Shown here: positions 23,850 to 36,304 of the stretch, piece by piece
How positions within the stretch are numbered: the first letter of the stretch is position 1
Layout: each line of letters opens with the position of its first letter
DNA from: Raja brachyura
Lineage: Eukaryota
DNA length: 64,000 bases
Reading direction: 5' to 3'
Assembly (NCBI GenBank): GCA_963514005.1
Contig: OY740784.1
Location: 88,412,001 to 88,476,000 of the forward strand
The notes under the pieces: model-generated
What the model was told of the DNA's origin: nothing
Databases searched by the model: none
Seen by the model: only the letters and a program-made list of their open reading frames with translations
Made by a program: the position numbers and the translations under genes

Positions 23850-24980
23850 TCCGGCCTGCACTGCTAGGGAGCAAACTGACAAAGATGCAGGTGGATGCTC
23901 CATTGGTGTCCTGGATCAACTAACTACCTGACTGTACTACCTGACTACCTATCCACCAACTACCTGACTGTACGACCGCAATATGTCAGGCTGCAAAACT
24001 ATGTCTCGGATATGGTGGCGAGCAACACAGGGGCCCCATAGGGGAGAACCTCTCTCCCTTCCTGTTTACCACCTACACCTCGGACTTCAGATATAACTCC
24101 GTCTGCTGCCACGTGCAAAAGTTTTCAGATGACTCTGCAATTGTGGGCTGCATCAATGAGGGGAGGGAAGCTAAAAGCACAGGTGTAGTCAACGACTTTG
24201 TTGAGTGGTGTGGGCTGAATTACCTGCAGCTCAACGCCGACAAGACTAAGGAGTCCGTGGTGGACTTTAGAAGGAGAGGAAGACCTGTCCCCTGTCACCA
24301 ACAATGGTGTGGATGTGCAGTTTACCAGGGAGTAAAATATCAGGGAGTGTATCTGGACAGTAAACTGGACTGGTCCAGAAATGGTGAGGCCCTGTACAAG
24401 AAGGGACAGAGCGGGCTGTACTTTTTGAGAAGGCTCTGCTCCTTCAACATCTGCAGTGAGATGCTGCAGATGTTCTACCGATTGGTGGCAGCCAGTGCCT
24501 TTTCTTTGTTGCCGTGTGCTGGGGCAGCAGGGGGAAGGCTGCGGACGCCATTAGGATCAACAAACTCATCAGGAATGCTGGCTCCATCCTGGGGATGGTG
24601 TTGGTTTCATGGGAATTGTTCTTGCAGGGGAGGATGCTCCTCAAACTGCGGAGCATCCTGGACAATACAGCTCACCCCCTCCATGACACACTGGTGAACC
24701 TGAGTACCTTCAGCACCAGACTGGTTCCACCAAGATGCAGGACAGAACGGCATAGGAAATTCTTCGTCCCTGTGACTATCAAACTTTACAGTTCCTCCCC
24801 CTTCTGTCGTGGGGTACACTGAGAGTGACTCCCCCCCCCCCCCCCCCCACCTCCTCAATCTTTTCACATCCCCAAAGCCTTTTCACTTGTCACTTCAATT
24901 TCATTTTTTATGTATCTTGTGTTTTATGATTGTTGGGAAATTAATTTCCCTCCTGGGATAAATAAAGTTGTATCGTATCT
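23850..24980 (+). mobile_element. Rex1/Babar LINE 3' half (decayed RT)
   Basis: RPQYVRL, LSPFLFTTYTSD, QKFSDDSAIVGCI, KKGQSGLYFLRRL; tail CCTGGGATAAATAAAGTT(GTATC)n. Confidence 0.9.
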
Positions 24981-24984
24981 TAAG

Positions 24985-25390
24985 TACATAAGTCATAGGA
25001 GAAGAATTAGGCTATTCAGCCAATCTAGTCTACTCTGCCATTCAAATATTGGTGATTTTTTTTCCCCTCATAACCCCATTCTCCTGCCTTTTTCCCCGTA
25101 ACTCTTGATTGCTATGCTAATCAAGAATCTGTCAATCTCGCCTTAAAAATACCCAAAGATTTGGTTTCCACAAACATCTCTGGCAATGAATTCCACAGAT
25201 ACCACCCAATGACTAAAGAAATTCCTCCTCATCTCCTTTCTAAAGGTATGTCCTTTTATTCTGAGACTGTGTCCTCTGGTTATAGACTCTCCCACTGGTG
25301 AAAACATCCTCTCCATATCCACTTTATCCAGGCCTTTCATTATTCCGTAAGTTTCAATGAGGTCCCTCCTCATCTTTCTAAACTCCATCC
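24985..25390 (-). mobile_element. CR1 3' fragment
   Basis: RRDLIETYGIMKGLDKVD...TRGHSLRIKG...EMRRNFFS. Confidence 0.9.
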
Positions 25391-25756
25391 CTGTTGATCT
25401 GATATACAGAATCCTTATATCTAATTCAATTGTTAGTGTAATGTATGTACTGTTTCTTTTGCTTAATATCAGTGTTAAGATTCATGTATTTGAGCACACA
25501 TTAAGCAGCACCTTGGATGGAGCAGTACATAGTCACATAGAATTCTGGTCCTGCTACAACTTATTTGAAAGGTTATCACAACTTCTTTTACTTTCGCTCT
25601 TTTCATTGTGGTTTCATTATTCCGGCTACCAGTTCAAGTGTCCTCACTGTTGAGAACCATCATTTCAATCGACAAGCTCCATTATCCAAACTCCTAAAAC
25701 TAATCAGCCAGTCAAACTACCTGCATCCAACTGTAACATGTAGGGACACCTGTAAC

Positions 25757-25929
25757 ATGTAGGAAGGAACTGCAGATGCTGGTTTAAACCGAAGATCGAC
25801 ATAAAATGCTGGAGTAACTCAGTGGGACAGGCAGCATCTCTGGAGAGAAGGAAGTTTTGAATCAAGACCCCTCAAAAGACCCTCCAGAAATGCTGCCTGT
25901 CCCGTTGAGTTACTCCAGCATTTTATGTT
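25757..25929. mobile_element. Fold-back PLE-terminal element
   Basis: ACATAAAATGCTGGAGTAACTCAGTGGGACAGGCAGCAT arm inverted at about 25890-25928. Confidence 0.8.
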
Positions 25930-26276
25930 CTATATGCAAGATTCCAGCATCTCCATTTCATTGTATCTCCTAAAATTCACAATGCATGAGCTTGAAATAG
26001 AGGCCATTTTTTGAATTCAAACAGACAAACAGGGTTTGGTGGTGAAAGACCCAAAGTAAATGCAAATATTGTGGTTAAATATGCAGCCACATTCTTGGTT
26101 TTCATGTATCTTGTTTTTTTACTTCTTTTAACAATCAGCCTGCAACTCAGCTTCAATGTTTCCATCTGCCCCCTTGTTCTTTCACAAAGGTTGCCATGGC
26201 TTACATCGAGGGTGCATTTGACAATCACAGCACGTCTCGAGTTTCTGTACAAACTTCGAACTATTCCTACATTGTA

Positions 26277-26958
26277 ACGGCCTGTCCCACTTAGGAAATT
26301 TTTTCAGCGACTGCCGGCAACTGTCATAGTCGTAGCAGGTTGCCAAGAAAACGGCGACTGCCCCCCCCCCCCCCCCCACGACAATGTCTACGATAATGTC
26401 TACAACAATCTACCACCTAGTCAACGTCAAGGTACAGCAAGCTACCGACAACCGGCAACCCATTAGGACGTCCACCTACGACAACCCACGTCCACCCGCG
26501 ACAAGCTATGACAAGGTACGACCCTGTCGGCAACAACTGATGACAACTTAAGACAATCCTGTCGCCGGTACCTGTCGCCGGTACCTGTCGCCGGTTGACG
26601 TAGGTTGCCGCAGGTAGTCGCCAATGGAATTCACTGGTCAGCACCAGCACCAACTTACGTCACCTGGCGACAACCTACGTCATTCTGGCGACAACCTACG
26701 TCATTCTGGCGACAACATACGACAGGACCTACGTCAGGAGAAGTCAAGCAACGTTCATTGGCCTCAAGCCAACTGTTGCCGACTGTCGCCGAAATGTTTT
26801 GAACATTTCAAAATCCAACGGCGACCAGAAAAAGGCTACGAATCTTTGGGCGACTGAGGAGACTGCTCACGACCATACAGGCAACACCCTGACAACCATG
26901 TGGTGGCAGCATAGTCACTTGTAGTCGCCTAAAAAATCGCCTAAGTGGGACAGACCCT
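26277..26958. mobile_element. PIF/Harbinger-type MITE
   Basis: TIRs ACGGCCTGTCCCACTTAGG / CCTAAGTGGGACAGACCCT, TAA-like target, internal GGCGACAAC-type repeats. Confidence 0.8.
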
Positions 26959-27102
26959 TAACTTTCTGAAATTAGTTTGTAAAAAGATGGACATGAAAGG
27001 TGCTAAATGAAGACACAAACACTTTCCAGATAATAATAGGTTTACAATTTGTTTTGTTATGTTTCTGAGACGGAGAGATATGCATAAAGTTGACAGCATG
27101 GG

Positions 27103-27410
27103 AAGCACAGTGGTGCAACAAGTAAATTCAGTGCATTACAGCATTAGAGCCTTGGGTTCAATCCTTAACTTGGGTGATGTCTGCATGGAGTTCTCAATGT
27201 GACTACGTGGGTCTCCTCCAGCTACTCCGGTTACTTCCCACATCTCAAAGAAGTGAAAATTGGTGGATTAATTAGCTACTATAATCTGCCCTTGTGGGTG
27301 GTGGTTGAACCTACAACATGGGAAATTGGTGAGAAGTAGGATTAACATAGCATTAGCATAAATGGGTGGTTGATTGTCGGCATTTTATTGAAGGTTCTGT
27401 TTATGCATTG
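27103..27410 (+). mobile_element. V-SINE, old
   Basis: GCACAGTGGTGCA head, GGGTTCAATCC B-box, V-domain remnants. Confidence 0.7.
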
Positions 27411-27871
27411 ATCACACTATGAGAATCCTAACCCATTATATACAATAATGGATATTCAATGGTGTCGTACATTTTCAAGCTGGTGGGTATTGCACATACA
27501 CATTCTTTTGCTGATCTCTATCTTTATATCTTTGATGTGCCACTTCACATTCACTTGTAAATGATCTGTCTTTTCAATAACTTTTTCTCTCTGAGTGTTT
27601 TATGGTAAAACCTTTTTAATCATCAATCCTTGTCAGATATTTTTGCGACTGTCTCTCGTGCTAATGTCTTGTAGTCATCTCTTTAGTTCCTGACATTTTA
27701 AATGATCTCTCTGCAATACCCTGTTTTTATTTCCTCAGTCTCTTTGTGTTCTGTTTCCATCGCGTGTTTATTGTAGCAACTCGCTTCCTGAGAATTAGCA
27801 CCTCACTGTGTGATCAGACTTTCTCTATTGCAATGGCTATTGTCCATTGAGGGTTTAATTTATTTTATTTT

Positions 27872-28660
27872 AATTTAGTTTAGTTTTGAGATACAACGTG
27901 GAAACAGGCCCTTCGGCCCACTGAGCCTGAGCCGACTAGCAATCCATGCACATTAACACTATCCTACGAACAATTCAAGGGGAGAATGTAAAAACTCCAT
28001 ACAGACAGCATCCGTAGTCAGGATCAAACCTGGGTATCTGGCACTGTAAAGGGCCTGTCCCACCAGCATGCAACTCTATGCGATTAGCTCGACCTAACGT
28101 GGTCGCTTGAGCCGTCTGGCGTCGCGGGGCCGGTCGCACTTCGATCGCCGGAGCCGTGCCGAATTGTGCGGAGTTCGTCCCGACACCGCGCGGGGCTCCG
28201 AAAAACTGACTATGTCCAAAAATTCCGCGCAGCAACGGCTTGTCGGCTCGCAGTTGCCTCGACGTTTACACATCGCCCCGACTCGTGCCTCCGTGAACCT
28301 ATCTGTAGGTGCCTCCGTGACCCTCTATGTGTGTGGCTCCGTGGCCCTGTGTGTGTGTGTGCCTCGGTGCCCCTCTCTGTGGCCCCCTCTCTGTCCTGGC
28401 GAACTTACCTTAGACTACGCTCCAAGTTCGCCTCACTTTGCGTTGCATTGCGCCACTCACCCGACCTCCGCGCGGCCCCTACTGCCGGTTTGGTTGCACT
28501 TGCCGCATGCAGGCACATGCTGGTGGGAACGGCCCTGCACAGGGTATCACCCGACCTCCGCGCGGCCCCCGCTTCTAGTTTGATCGCGTTCATCGCATAG
28601 AGTTGCATGCTGGTGGGACAGGCCCTTAAGGCAGTAACTCTACCGTTGCACCACTGTGCT
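27872..28660 (-). mobile_element. V-SINE interrupted by a Harbinger MITE
   Basis: GGCACTG-TAA...TAA-GGCAGTAACTCTACC rejoins into a contiguous SINE head. Confidence 0.85.
28050..28626. mobile_element. PIF/Harbinger-type MITE, young
   Basis: Perfect 35-bp TIR AGGGCCTGTCCCACCAGCATGCAACTCTATGCGAT (28050-28084 / 28592-28626); TAA TSD at 28047-49 and 28627-29; CpG-rich. Confidence 0.93.
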
Positions 28661-28694
28661 GCCTGACTGGTTTTTTTTCGTAGACAGTTGTATG

Positions 28695-29010
28695 TTTAGT
28701 TTAGAGATATAGAGTGGAAACAGGCCTTTCGGCCCACCGGGTCCACTCTGACCTGCGATCCCCACACATTAACGCTATACTACACTCATGAGGGACAATT
28801 TTTGCATTTACCAAGCCAATTAACCTACAAAACTTGTACGTCTTTGAAGTGTGGGAGGAAACCGAAGATCTCGGAGAAAGCCCACACAAGTCATGGGGAG
28901 AACATACAAATTCCATACAGATAGCACCCATAGTTGGGATCGAACTTGGGTCTCCGGCGCTGCATTCACTATAAGGCAGCAACTCTACCACTGCGCCACC
29001 GTGACCGCCC
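28695..29010 (-). mobile_element. V-SINE, full length
   Basis: Head GGGCGGTCACGGTGGCGCAGTGGTAGAG on the reverse strand, V-domain, (AAACT)n tail. Confidence 0.9.
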
Positions 29011-29949
29011 TTCACGTCTTGTGGAATTGCAGGAGGGAAAAAATGATTTTTATATAGTAGAATGAGGCCATTCAACCGATTGAGTGTGGGCTTGTTTCCA
29101 GTAGAGTAATCCTATCGATCCCATTCACCCGTTTTGTATCCAAGGCTCGGCAAGTTATTTTTGTATGTAAACTGGTACAATTCCCTGCTGATATATCTAA
29201 TTGACTTTGTTTCCAGGGCCTTTGGTAGACTGTGGAATTGAAACCAAACCACTTACTGCAGAAAACAAAATCCTCTCATTACTCTGGTATGTTTTGATTA
29301 CAATGTTTAACCAATGCCATTTGGTCCACTATCTGGAAAAGCTTCCTTTTAATTATACTATCTCAATTAGTCAGGTTATTCCGCAGCACTATGACATTCA
29401 TTCTCAGATTCAGAGAAGAACCCAGCTTCCCCAATCTAACACCCTTCCTGAAGTATAGTGACAGAAATTACAGGTAATATTCCAATTTTGCTGTAGCCGA
29501 TAATAACATTAAAAATTGAGACGGGGTAAGCCTGATCCACTATTTAACAAAGTCGTGGTAGATATTCTACTCAAATGCATTTTCCAAGCCTTTGCTGTGA
29601 CCACTTCATTCCTTTAATATCTAGGAGATCTATTATTGTCAGCTTTGAATGCATTCATAATTGAGCCTTCAAATTCTTCTGGAATCTAGATATCTGCCCC
29701 CCTTTGCGTGAATACATTTCTTCTCATTTCAGTCCTAAATGACAAGCTTCTTATAATGGCTCTGCGGCCTAATTAGTGTATTGTATGGATTTAACCAAAC
29801 CTCATTGCTCAGGATCCTATCCGCTTTGTTAATTATTCTGTCAACATTCAATGCCTTTCAAAGGCGCAGGGCAATTGGCAGCTGCCAACACAGATTTGTA
29901 ACTTTGAGCACATTGGGAGTTTTAATTTGAATCGTATGCTGAATCGTTG

Positions 29950-30370
29950 ACTCAAGAAGGCTGCAACTATCATCAAGGATCCCTCCCATCCAGGCCATGC
30001 CCTCTTCTCGCTGCTATGGTTGGGCAGGAGGTACAGAGGTCTGAGGAACTACACCACCAGATTCAGGAACAGCTATGTTCCTACAACCATCACATTCTTG
30101 AACTGATCTGCATAACCCTAATCCTACCTCAACAGTGGAACTCTGCACTACACTGTTTTGTACTAATGTCTTGCTTATTGCACAATATTTTTTCTTTTTG
30201 CAGTTGTGTAGAATTTTAAATGTAATTTATGTTTTTGTTTGTCGTCTGTGATGCTGTTGCAAGCAAAGTTGCCATTGTACTTGTTTATCACTGAATTTCT
30301 GATCTTACTGTACCTCTGCACATCACAATAAATTTCAAGTCAAACCCAACTTGGTTTGACTTGAATGGAC
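29950..30370 (+). mobile_element. Rex1/Babar-like 3' fragment, old
   Basis: AATIIKDPSHPGHAL...GRRYR...TTRFRNS; AATAAA and CTTGA-type tail. Confidence 0.7.
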
Positions 30371-30482
30371 CTTTGTTCCTGCCTTCAATTTGGCACTACA
30401 ACTATTTCTGTCAGAGTCAGTTAGGAAATAGAACTATGAGACTCTAATACATGCAGGAGGGAGCAGGAGACATGGTGGCTGC

Positions 30483-30787
30483 ACAGTGCATAGCAGTAGA
30501 GTTGCTGACTTACCGCACTTTCAGTGTGAGAGACCCGAGTTGGATCCCGACTCTGGGTGCTGTCTGTATGGAGTTTGTACGTTCTCCCCGCAACCGGGTG
30601 GGTTTTCTGCGGTTTCCTCCCACATTCCAGACGTACAGATTTGTAGGTTAAATGGCTTGGTATAAATGTAAATTGTCCCTAGTGTGTGTAGGGTACTGTT
30701 AATGTGCGGGGATCACTGGTCAGCACGGACTCGGTGGGCTGAAGGGCCAGCTTCCGCGCTGTATCTCTAATCTGAACTAAACTAAAC
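30483..30787 (+). mobile_element. V-SINE
   Basis: GGGTGCTGTCTGTATGGAGTTTGTACGTTCTCCCC V-domain; (AACTA)n tail. Confidence 0.88.
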
Positions 30788-31824
30788 ATTATCAGGGCTT
30801 TGGGGAAAGTGCAGAAGGATGGAATTAATCGGATGAAGGTATAATGGGTGGGGGAATGATGAATAACTTCACCTAAAATATATGCTCAGGACTGGTTGGA
30901 TGGGTTTAGGAACATTTTCTAAGAGTGTGACTGACTTGGAAGGCAAAAGGAAAGAAGGCAAGGGATGGAAGAAATTATGCATTAGAGAATAAAAAATAGA
31001 AATCCAGGCTATGTAACATTGCATTATACATAGTGTTAGCAGTAGACACAATTATATTCCTTTTAAATATTCATGTAAGAATTCCAATTATGGATGACAT
31101 TATTAGCAGTTTCTATATTAATGTTCATATGAAAGTGTTACTTAAAAATTGGGATACGATAAAAACATATGTAGAAAGCAGCCGTATCACTCTCCTTCTG
31201 ATTTCAAAGTAATAATTCTAATCTAACACTAATCTTTGAACAGGAAAAAAATAATCAATCTTAGATAGAATCGTTAACTGTGCTAGCATCAAAAGGGTGG
31301 AAATACGTGTAAAATGATAATAGACATCCCACAATGCATTGATTCAATTTCTGTAATGTACGGTAACTTTATGCTGTTATCAATTGTGCTGGGTGCATGC
31401 ATCAATCAGCAGGAAGGTCAACATTGCTACTTGATGGAACTTTTCTATGCCAAGCTGCACTGTTCAAAGCTGGTTGCATAATTTAATGGACAGGTACATT
31501 GTGGTGATGCTGAGATTATGGGCAGGAGTGCTCTGTACGAGTCCACAATGAGGGAGCAGCCTGCTCAAAATTATCAGTAGAAGCACTGGATGTGATGGAG
31601 ATAGAAAGGAGAAAGGAAATCCAATATTCACAACATTATATTGGTAGCTTTGGAAATCAATGCCTAGATAGAAGCCAATAAGAAATGTAATGAGTTAACA
31701 TAATTGATTAAGATTGATGGCTTCACTTTTTATTGTTACATCTGACCAAATGCATCACTTGTGTCAAGTGCTGCTCAAACCTGCATTCCCATGATATTAA
31801 CTAACCAGCCATCTACACCAATAG

Positions 31825-31994
31825 ATAGACACAAAAGGCTTGAGTAACGCCATGGATCAGACAGCATCTCTGGAGAAAAGGAATAGGTGACGTTTCAGGT
31901 CGAGACCCTTCTGCAGACATCTTCTTGACTTTTTGTCCTCCAGCTTTTTGTTTCTGTCTTCTGTTTAAACGAGCATCTGCAGTTCCTTCCTACA
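31825..31994. mobile_element. Fold-back PLE-terminal mini-element
   Basis: 15-bp TSD CATCT(A/T)CACCAATAG at 31810-31824 and 31995-32009; hammerhead-like motif at 31886-31918 (-). Confidence 0.82.
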
Positions 31995-32036
31995 CATCTT
32001 CACCAATAGCACCCATATCCAACACTCAATCGCATC

Positions 32037-32310
32037 ATGTGTAGGAAGGAACTGCAGATGCCGGTTTACACTGAAGATAGACACAAAATGCTGGAGTAAC
32101 TCAGTGGGACAGGCAGCATCACTGGAGAGAAGGAACTGGTGAAGTTTCGGGACAAGACCCTCCTTCAGACTGAGAGTCAGGGGAGAGGGAGACATAGAGA
32201 TATGGAAGGATGTGTGAAAACAAGAGATCAAAGGGGACGATGAACAAAGGAAATGTCGAATGGATCATTGTTAGCTGAGGGGAAGGTGGCAACGAGGCAT
32301 AAAATCAGTC
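32037..32310 (-). mobile_element. PLE terminal repeat fragment
   Basis: GTAGGAAGGAACTGCAGATG...CTGGAGTAACTCAG...TTTCGGGACAAGACCCTCCTTCAGAC. Confidence 0.82.
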
Positions 32311-34725
32311 AATTTTATATCGGGATCCAATTCAGTTTTATGTATTTTGGAAAATATATCAAAAATTCCCCTCCAGAGGTTTTGTAATTTTGCACAGGAA
32401 ACAAAAGAATGGGTTATAGTCACTTCTTGGAGGAGACATTTATCACAGATAGCAGAGACATTTGTGAAGATCTTGGTCAATTTATAGTTTGAATAATAGA
32501 GTTTATGCAATATTTTAAATTGTATTAGGAAGTGCCTAACATTAAGAGAACAGTAATGTATATATAAAAAAGACTTTCCTCCCAACTATCCTTTGAAATT
32601 GTTAAACGCAATTCGTCTTCCCACACTCGCCTAATTATTTCCGACGATGGGATATGTACATTTAAGAGGGTATTGTAAAAATAGGATATTAACTTACTTG
32701 CATCCGCCTTTCTGTTCATGCATTCATCTAATATATCTGGGCCCACAGAGTGACAATCTTGCATCTGTGTTTTCACAAAGTCTCGTATTTGAAGATATCT
32801 GAAAAAATGACTACCTTTCAGATGATATTTCACCTGTAATTCTTGAAACGAAAAGAATCTCATAAAGATCTCCCAGCTTTTTAATTCCTACGCTTTCCCA
32901 TTGTGCAAATGCCTTGTCTAAAGTAGACGGTTTAAACGAGGGATTATTGGTGATTGGTAAGAAGAGAAAGAAATTTCTCAATTTAAGGGTTAATTTCAAC
33001 TGTTTCCAAATTCGTAAGATGCTATGGATTATCGGATTTTTCTCATACATTGATTTCTTCAAATGTATTGGAGAGAAAGGCAAACAATCTTCCCTCTCCA
33101 TTTTTAACCTAGTTTACTTGTTGACATGTATCGTCCATCCAGTAAATTAAAATTTTAATATTAGTTGCCCAATAATATAGAAGAAAATTAGGGAGAGCCA
33201 GTCCACCAATTTCTTTACGTTTGCATAAATATTGTTTATGAATTATATGAGTTTTATATTCCCAGATAAAGTTTGTAATCACAGTCAAGTTTAAAAAAAG
33301 GTTTTTAGGGAGGTAAATCGGTATTGATTGAAATAGGAGTTGTGGAAGGAAAATCATCTTTATGGCATTTACTCTACCTATAAGTGAAATCGGAAGTGTT
33401 TTCCAAAATTGAATAAGAGCATTTAATTTGGTAATTAATGGTGGAAAATTTGCTTGAAATAAAGAGGGATATTTTCTAGTCACGTGGACTCCAAGGTATT
33501 TCAAATTTTCAGTAGCAATTCTAAAGGGAAATTTTAGGAGATGTGAAGGGTGTTGAGGTTTTATCAGCATAATTTCACTTTTTTTCCAGTTTATTCTATA
33601 CCCTGAGAAGGAGCCGAATTGTTCTATGAGGTTTAGTATATTTGGGATACTGACTTGGTAATATATAAAAGTACATCGTCTGCATATAACAAAATCTTAT
33701 TATTAGTATATTTAGTATTATAACCATGAATGCTAGGATGTACTCTTATACTTTCCGCTAAGGCTTCTACAGCAAGGGCAAATAACATTGGTGATAAAGC
33801 ACACCCTTGTCTATTGCCTCTGGATAATTGAAATTTAGGTGACAGTTTGATTGGTCAGTATTCTGGCATGTAACAACTTTATCCATGAAATAAAATTTTC
33901 TCGTTGGAATTTTTGCAATACTGTGAAGAGATATTCCCATTCTACTTGGTCAAATGCTTTTGCTGCTAAAGAAATCTAAAGAAATAATTGATAAGTCTTC
34001 GTTTATCGTTCTGTGTGAGTACATTACATTAAACAAGCGTCTCAAGTTATTGAATGAATGTCTCCTAGGTATAAACCCAGTTTGATCAGAGTGTATTCAT
34101 TTACTGACGTACTTACTTAGTCTTCTTGCCAGGGTTTTAGCTAATATTTTCTGGTCTGCATTTAAAAGAGCTATTGCTCTATATGATCCTGGCTCTTCAA
34201 GATCTTTATCTTTTTTGGGTATCAATGTAATAGTTGATTCAGCTAAAGTTTGTGGTAACGTCTGTTCTTTAAATGTGTGTGTATAGAGGGCTCGTAAACG
34301 AGGGGAAATTAATTCATGAATTTTTTAATAGAATTCATTACTGAACCCATCTGGCCTGGTATTTTGCCATTGTTCAGTAATTTAATAGTCTCTACAATAT
34401 CTTTTACTGTAATCTGCGGTCCTAATTCTTCTCGTTCCACCGCATGAGTGAGGGAAGGTTGCAATTGTCAAGGAAGATTTTAATTTGTATAGTTTCTACT
34501 GAAGTTTTAGATGTGTATAAATTTTTGATGAATTGTAAAAATCTTTCATTGATATCTTTAGAGAGTGTAAACAGCTCATCTTTTTCTGATTTTTTGGATG
34601 GTGTGATCTTTTTCCATTTTTCTCAGCTAACGAGCCAGAAGTTTATGCAGTCTATCGCCAAATTCAAAGTTTTTTTGCTTAGTATGTTGAAATAACTTAA
34701 TAACTCTTGCAGAAAGAATTTGATT
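32310..34725 (-). mobile_element. L1-clade LINE ORF2 remnant
   Basis: LYADDV near 33680, RQGCALSPMLFA, KYLGVHVT, GRVNAIKMIFLPQ, GGLALPNF..YYWA, CDKC...HSFVSC zinc knuckle. Confidence 0.92.
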
Positions 34726-36064
34726 TTATATCATCTTTTTTGTCGAAGAGAATTTCATATTTCTATTAATGGTTGTGTGAATAAAAATGGCCTGACTGTT
34801 TTTAAATTTATTTCACTCTATCCTAGTTTATCTAACCAGTGGAAAAAGTTTTTCTTTATTTACTGGCTTCGAAAGCTTAACATTCTCAATCAAATCTCCT
34901 CCAAATATGAATGTTCTAGTGAATGTAATCAACTTTAAATCTCCTGACAATCTTATCTTTGAAGCCCTAGTGAATATGTGCTGCATTTTCATCAAAACCA
35001 TTGCATCCTTTCTAAGGTGTGGTGGCCAGAACTGGTATTGGTATTGGTTTATTATTGTAACGACATACAGTGAAAAATGTTGTTTGCGTACTACCCAGTC
35101 AAACACATAAGTAATACAAATTACAATAAAACACAAAGTGCTTGTGCTATAACTCCAGGATAAGCGCTCAACTCACAAAAAGAAGCCCAAAACCAAAGTA
35201 CCATCTAACTAAATACACCAATTTACAATAAATGACTCTAGATGCAAAAAAAAAGCATTTAAAAAAGACTGATCCTGTAGATGGAAGTATATCATTGGGG
35301 TTATCAAGTGGGCACCTCCCGTTATTGGTGTTTCATTGAGTTAGGCCCATAACACCTCAGGAAGGCTCAACAGTTGGTTCTGGCATCCCAGAACTAACCT
35401 CCCCTCAATACCTGCTCTCACCACCTATGCTACTAGTTTCTACTAAATAAAGGATAGCTGCTTTACTCACTCTATTAGCTCACTCTAACTAAATTAGCTC
35501 ACTCTAACAAATGCATCTTTTTTGAACAGTTTTATCAAACACACTAAGGGAATAGCCCAAACTGCAAACACCACAACTTCAACTTGCCTGGATGCCCTGA
35601 TTTTCCCATCCTTTCTAATCTGTCGGTAACACCCTTTCTAAGTTTCTAAACCTGTTCAGTGTCATCCAATTTCCTGTAATACCACCTACACAAACGTTTA
35701 ATTGTTTCTCCATTATCGACAGGATTTCTTGTTTATCTACGCAGCACTTTTTCTCTACTACCTTTTTCTCTACTTACCAAAGAAATAATCTGTGATTTAC
35801 TAGGCTTACTAGATTTACTAGATCTTCAATCTAGCCCATTTAAGATTATCATTTAACTTCTCTAACAACCTCCTTTACAAGCTACTGTTGTGGTCACCAA
35901 GGTCATATCATCCATATAGCCCTGATTCAAGGGAGGCGCAGTTTGTCCTGCTGTCTCTCCCCACTGGTGACACGACCCGCCGTGATGCTCTAATCACTAG
36001 CTCCATCGCCATTGTAAACGCTAACGGGGGAAATATTACACCCTGCCATAATGCCCATCTCTAG

Positions 36065-36175
36065 TCATAGAAACATAGAAACTTGGAAAAAAGGTGCAGG
36101 AGGAGGCCATTCGGCCCTTCGAGCCAGCACCGCCATTCAATATGATCATGGCTGATCATCCGCTATCAATAACCT
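36065..36175 (-). mobile_element. CR1 3' tail inserted in the HERO-like element
   Basis: (CATAGAAA)n...GGCCATTCGGCCCTTCGAGCC...GATCATGGCTGATC. Confidence 0.88.
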
Positions 36176-36304
36176 CTGCCATGTCTGCTGCACATTCGGA
36201 CATCTTGGAAATATGCTTTCACTAAATTTACTATTGATCCTGGAACTCTAAAGAAATCAAAAGCACTCCAAATAAGACTATGTGGCAAACATCCAAACGC
36301 ATTT

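Noticed and set aside
28107-28600. 158-aa and 144-aa ORFs in a CpG-island-like patch as a promoter or gene
   Set aside because: Entirely inside a TIR/TSD-bounded MITE; open frames reflect GC content
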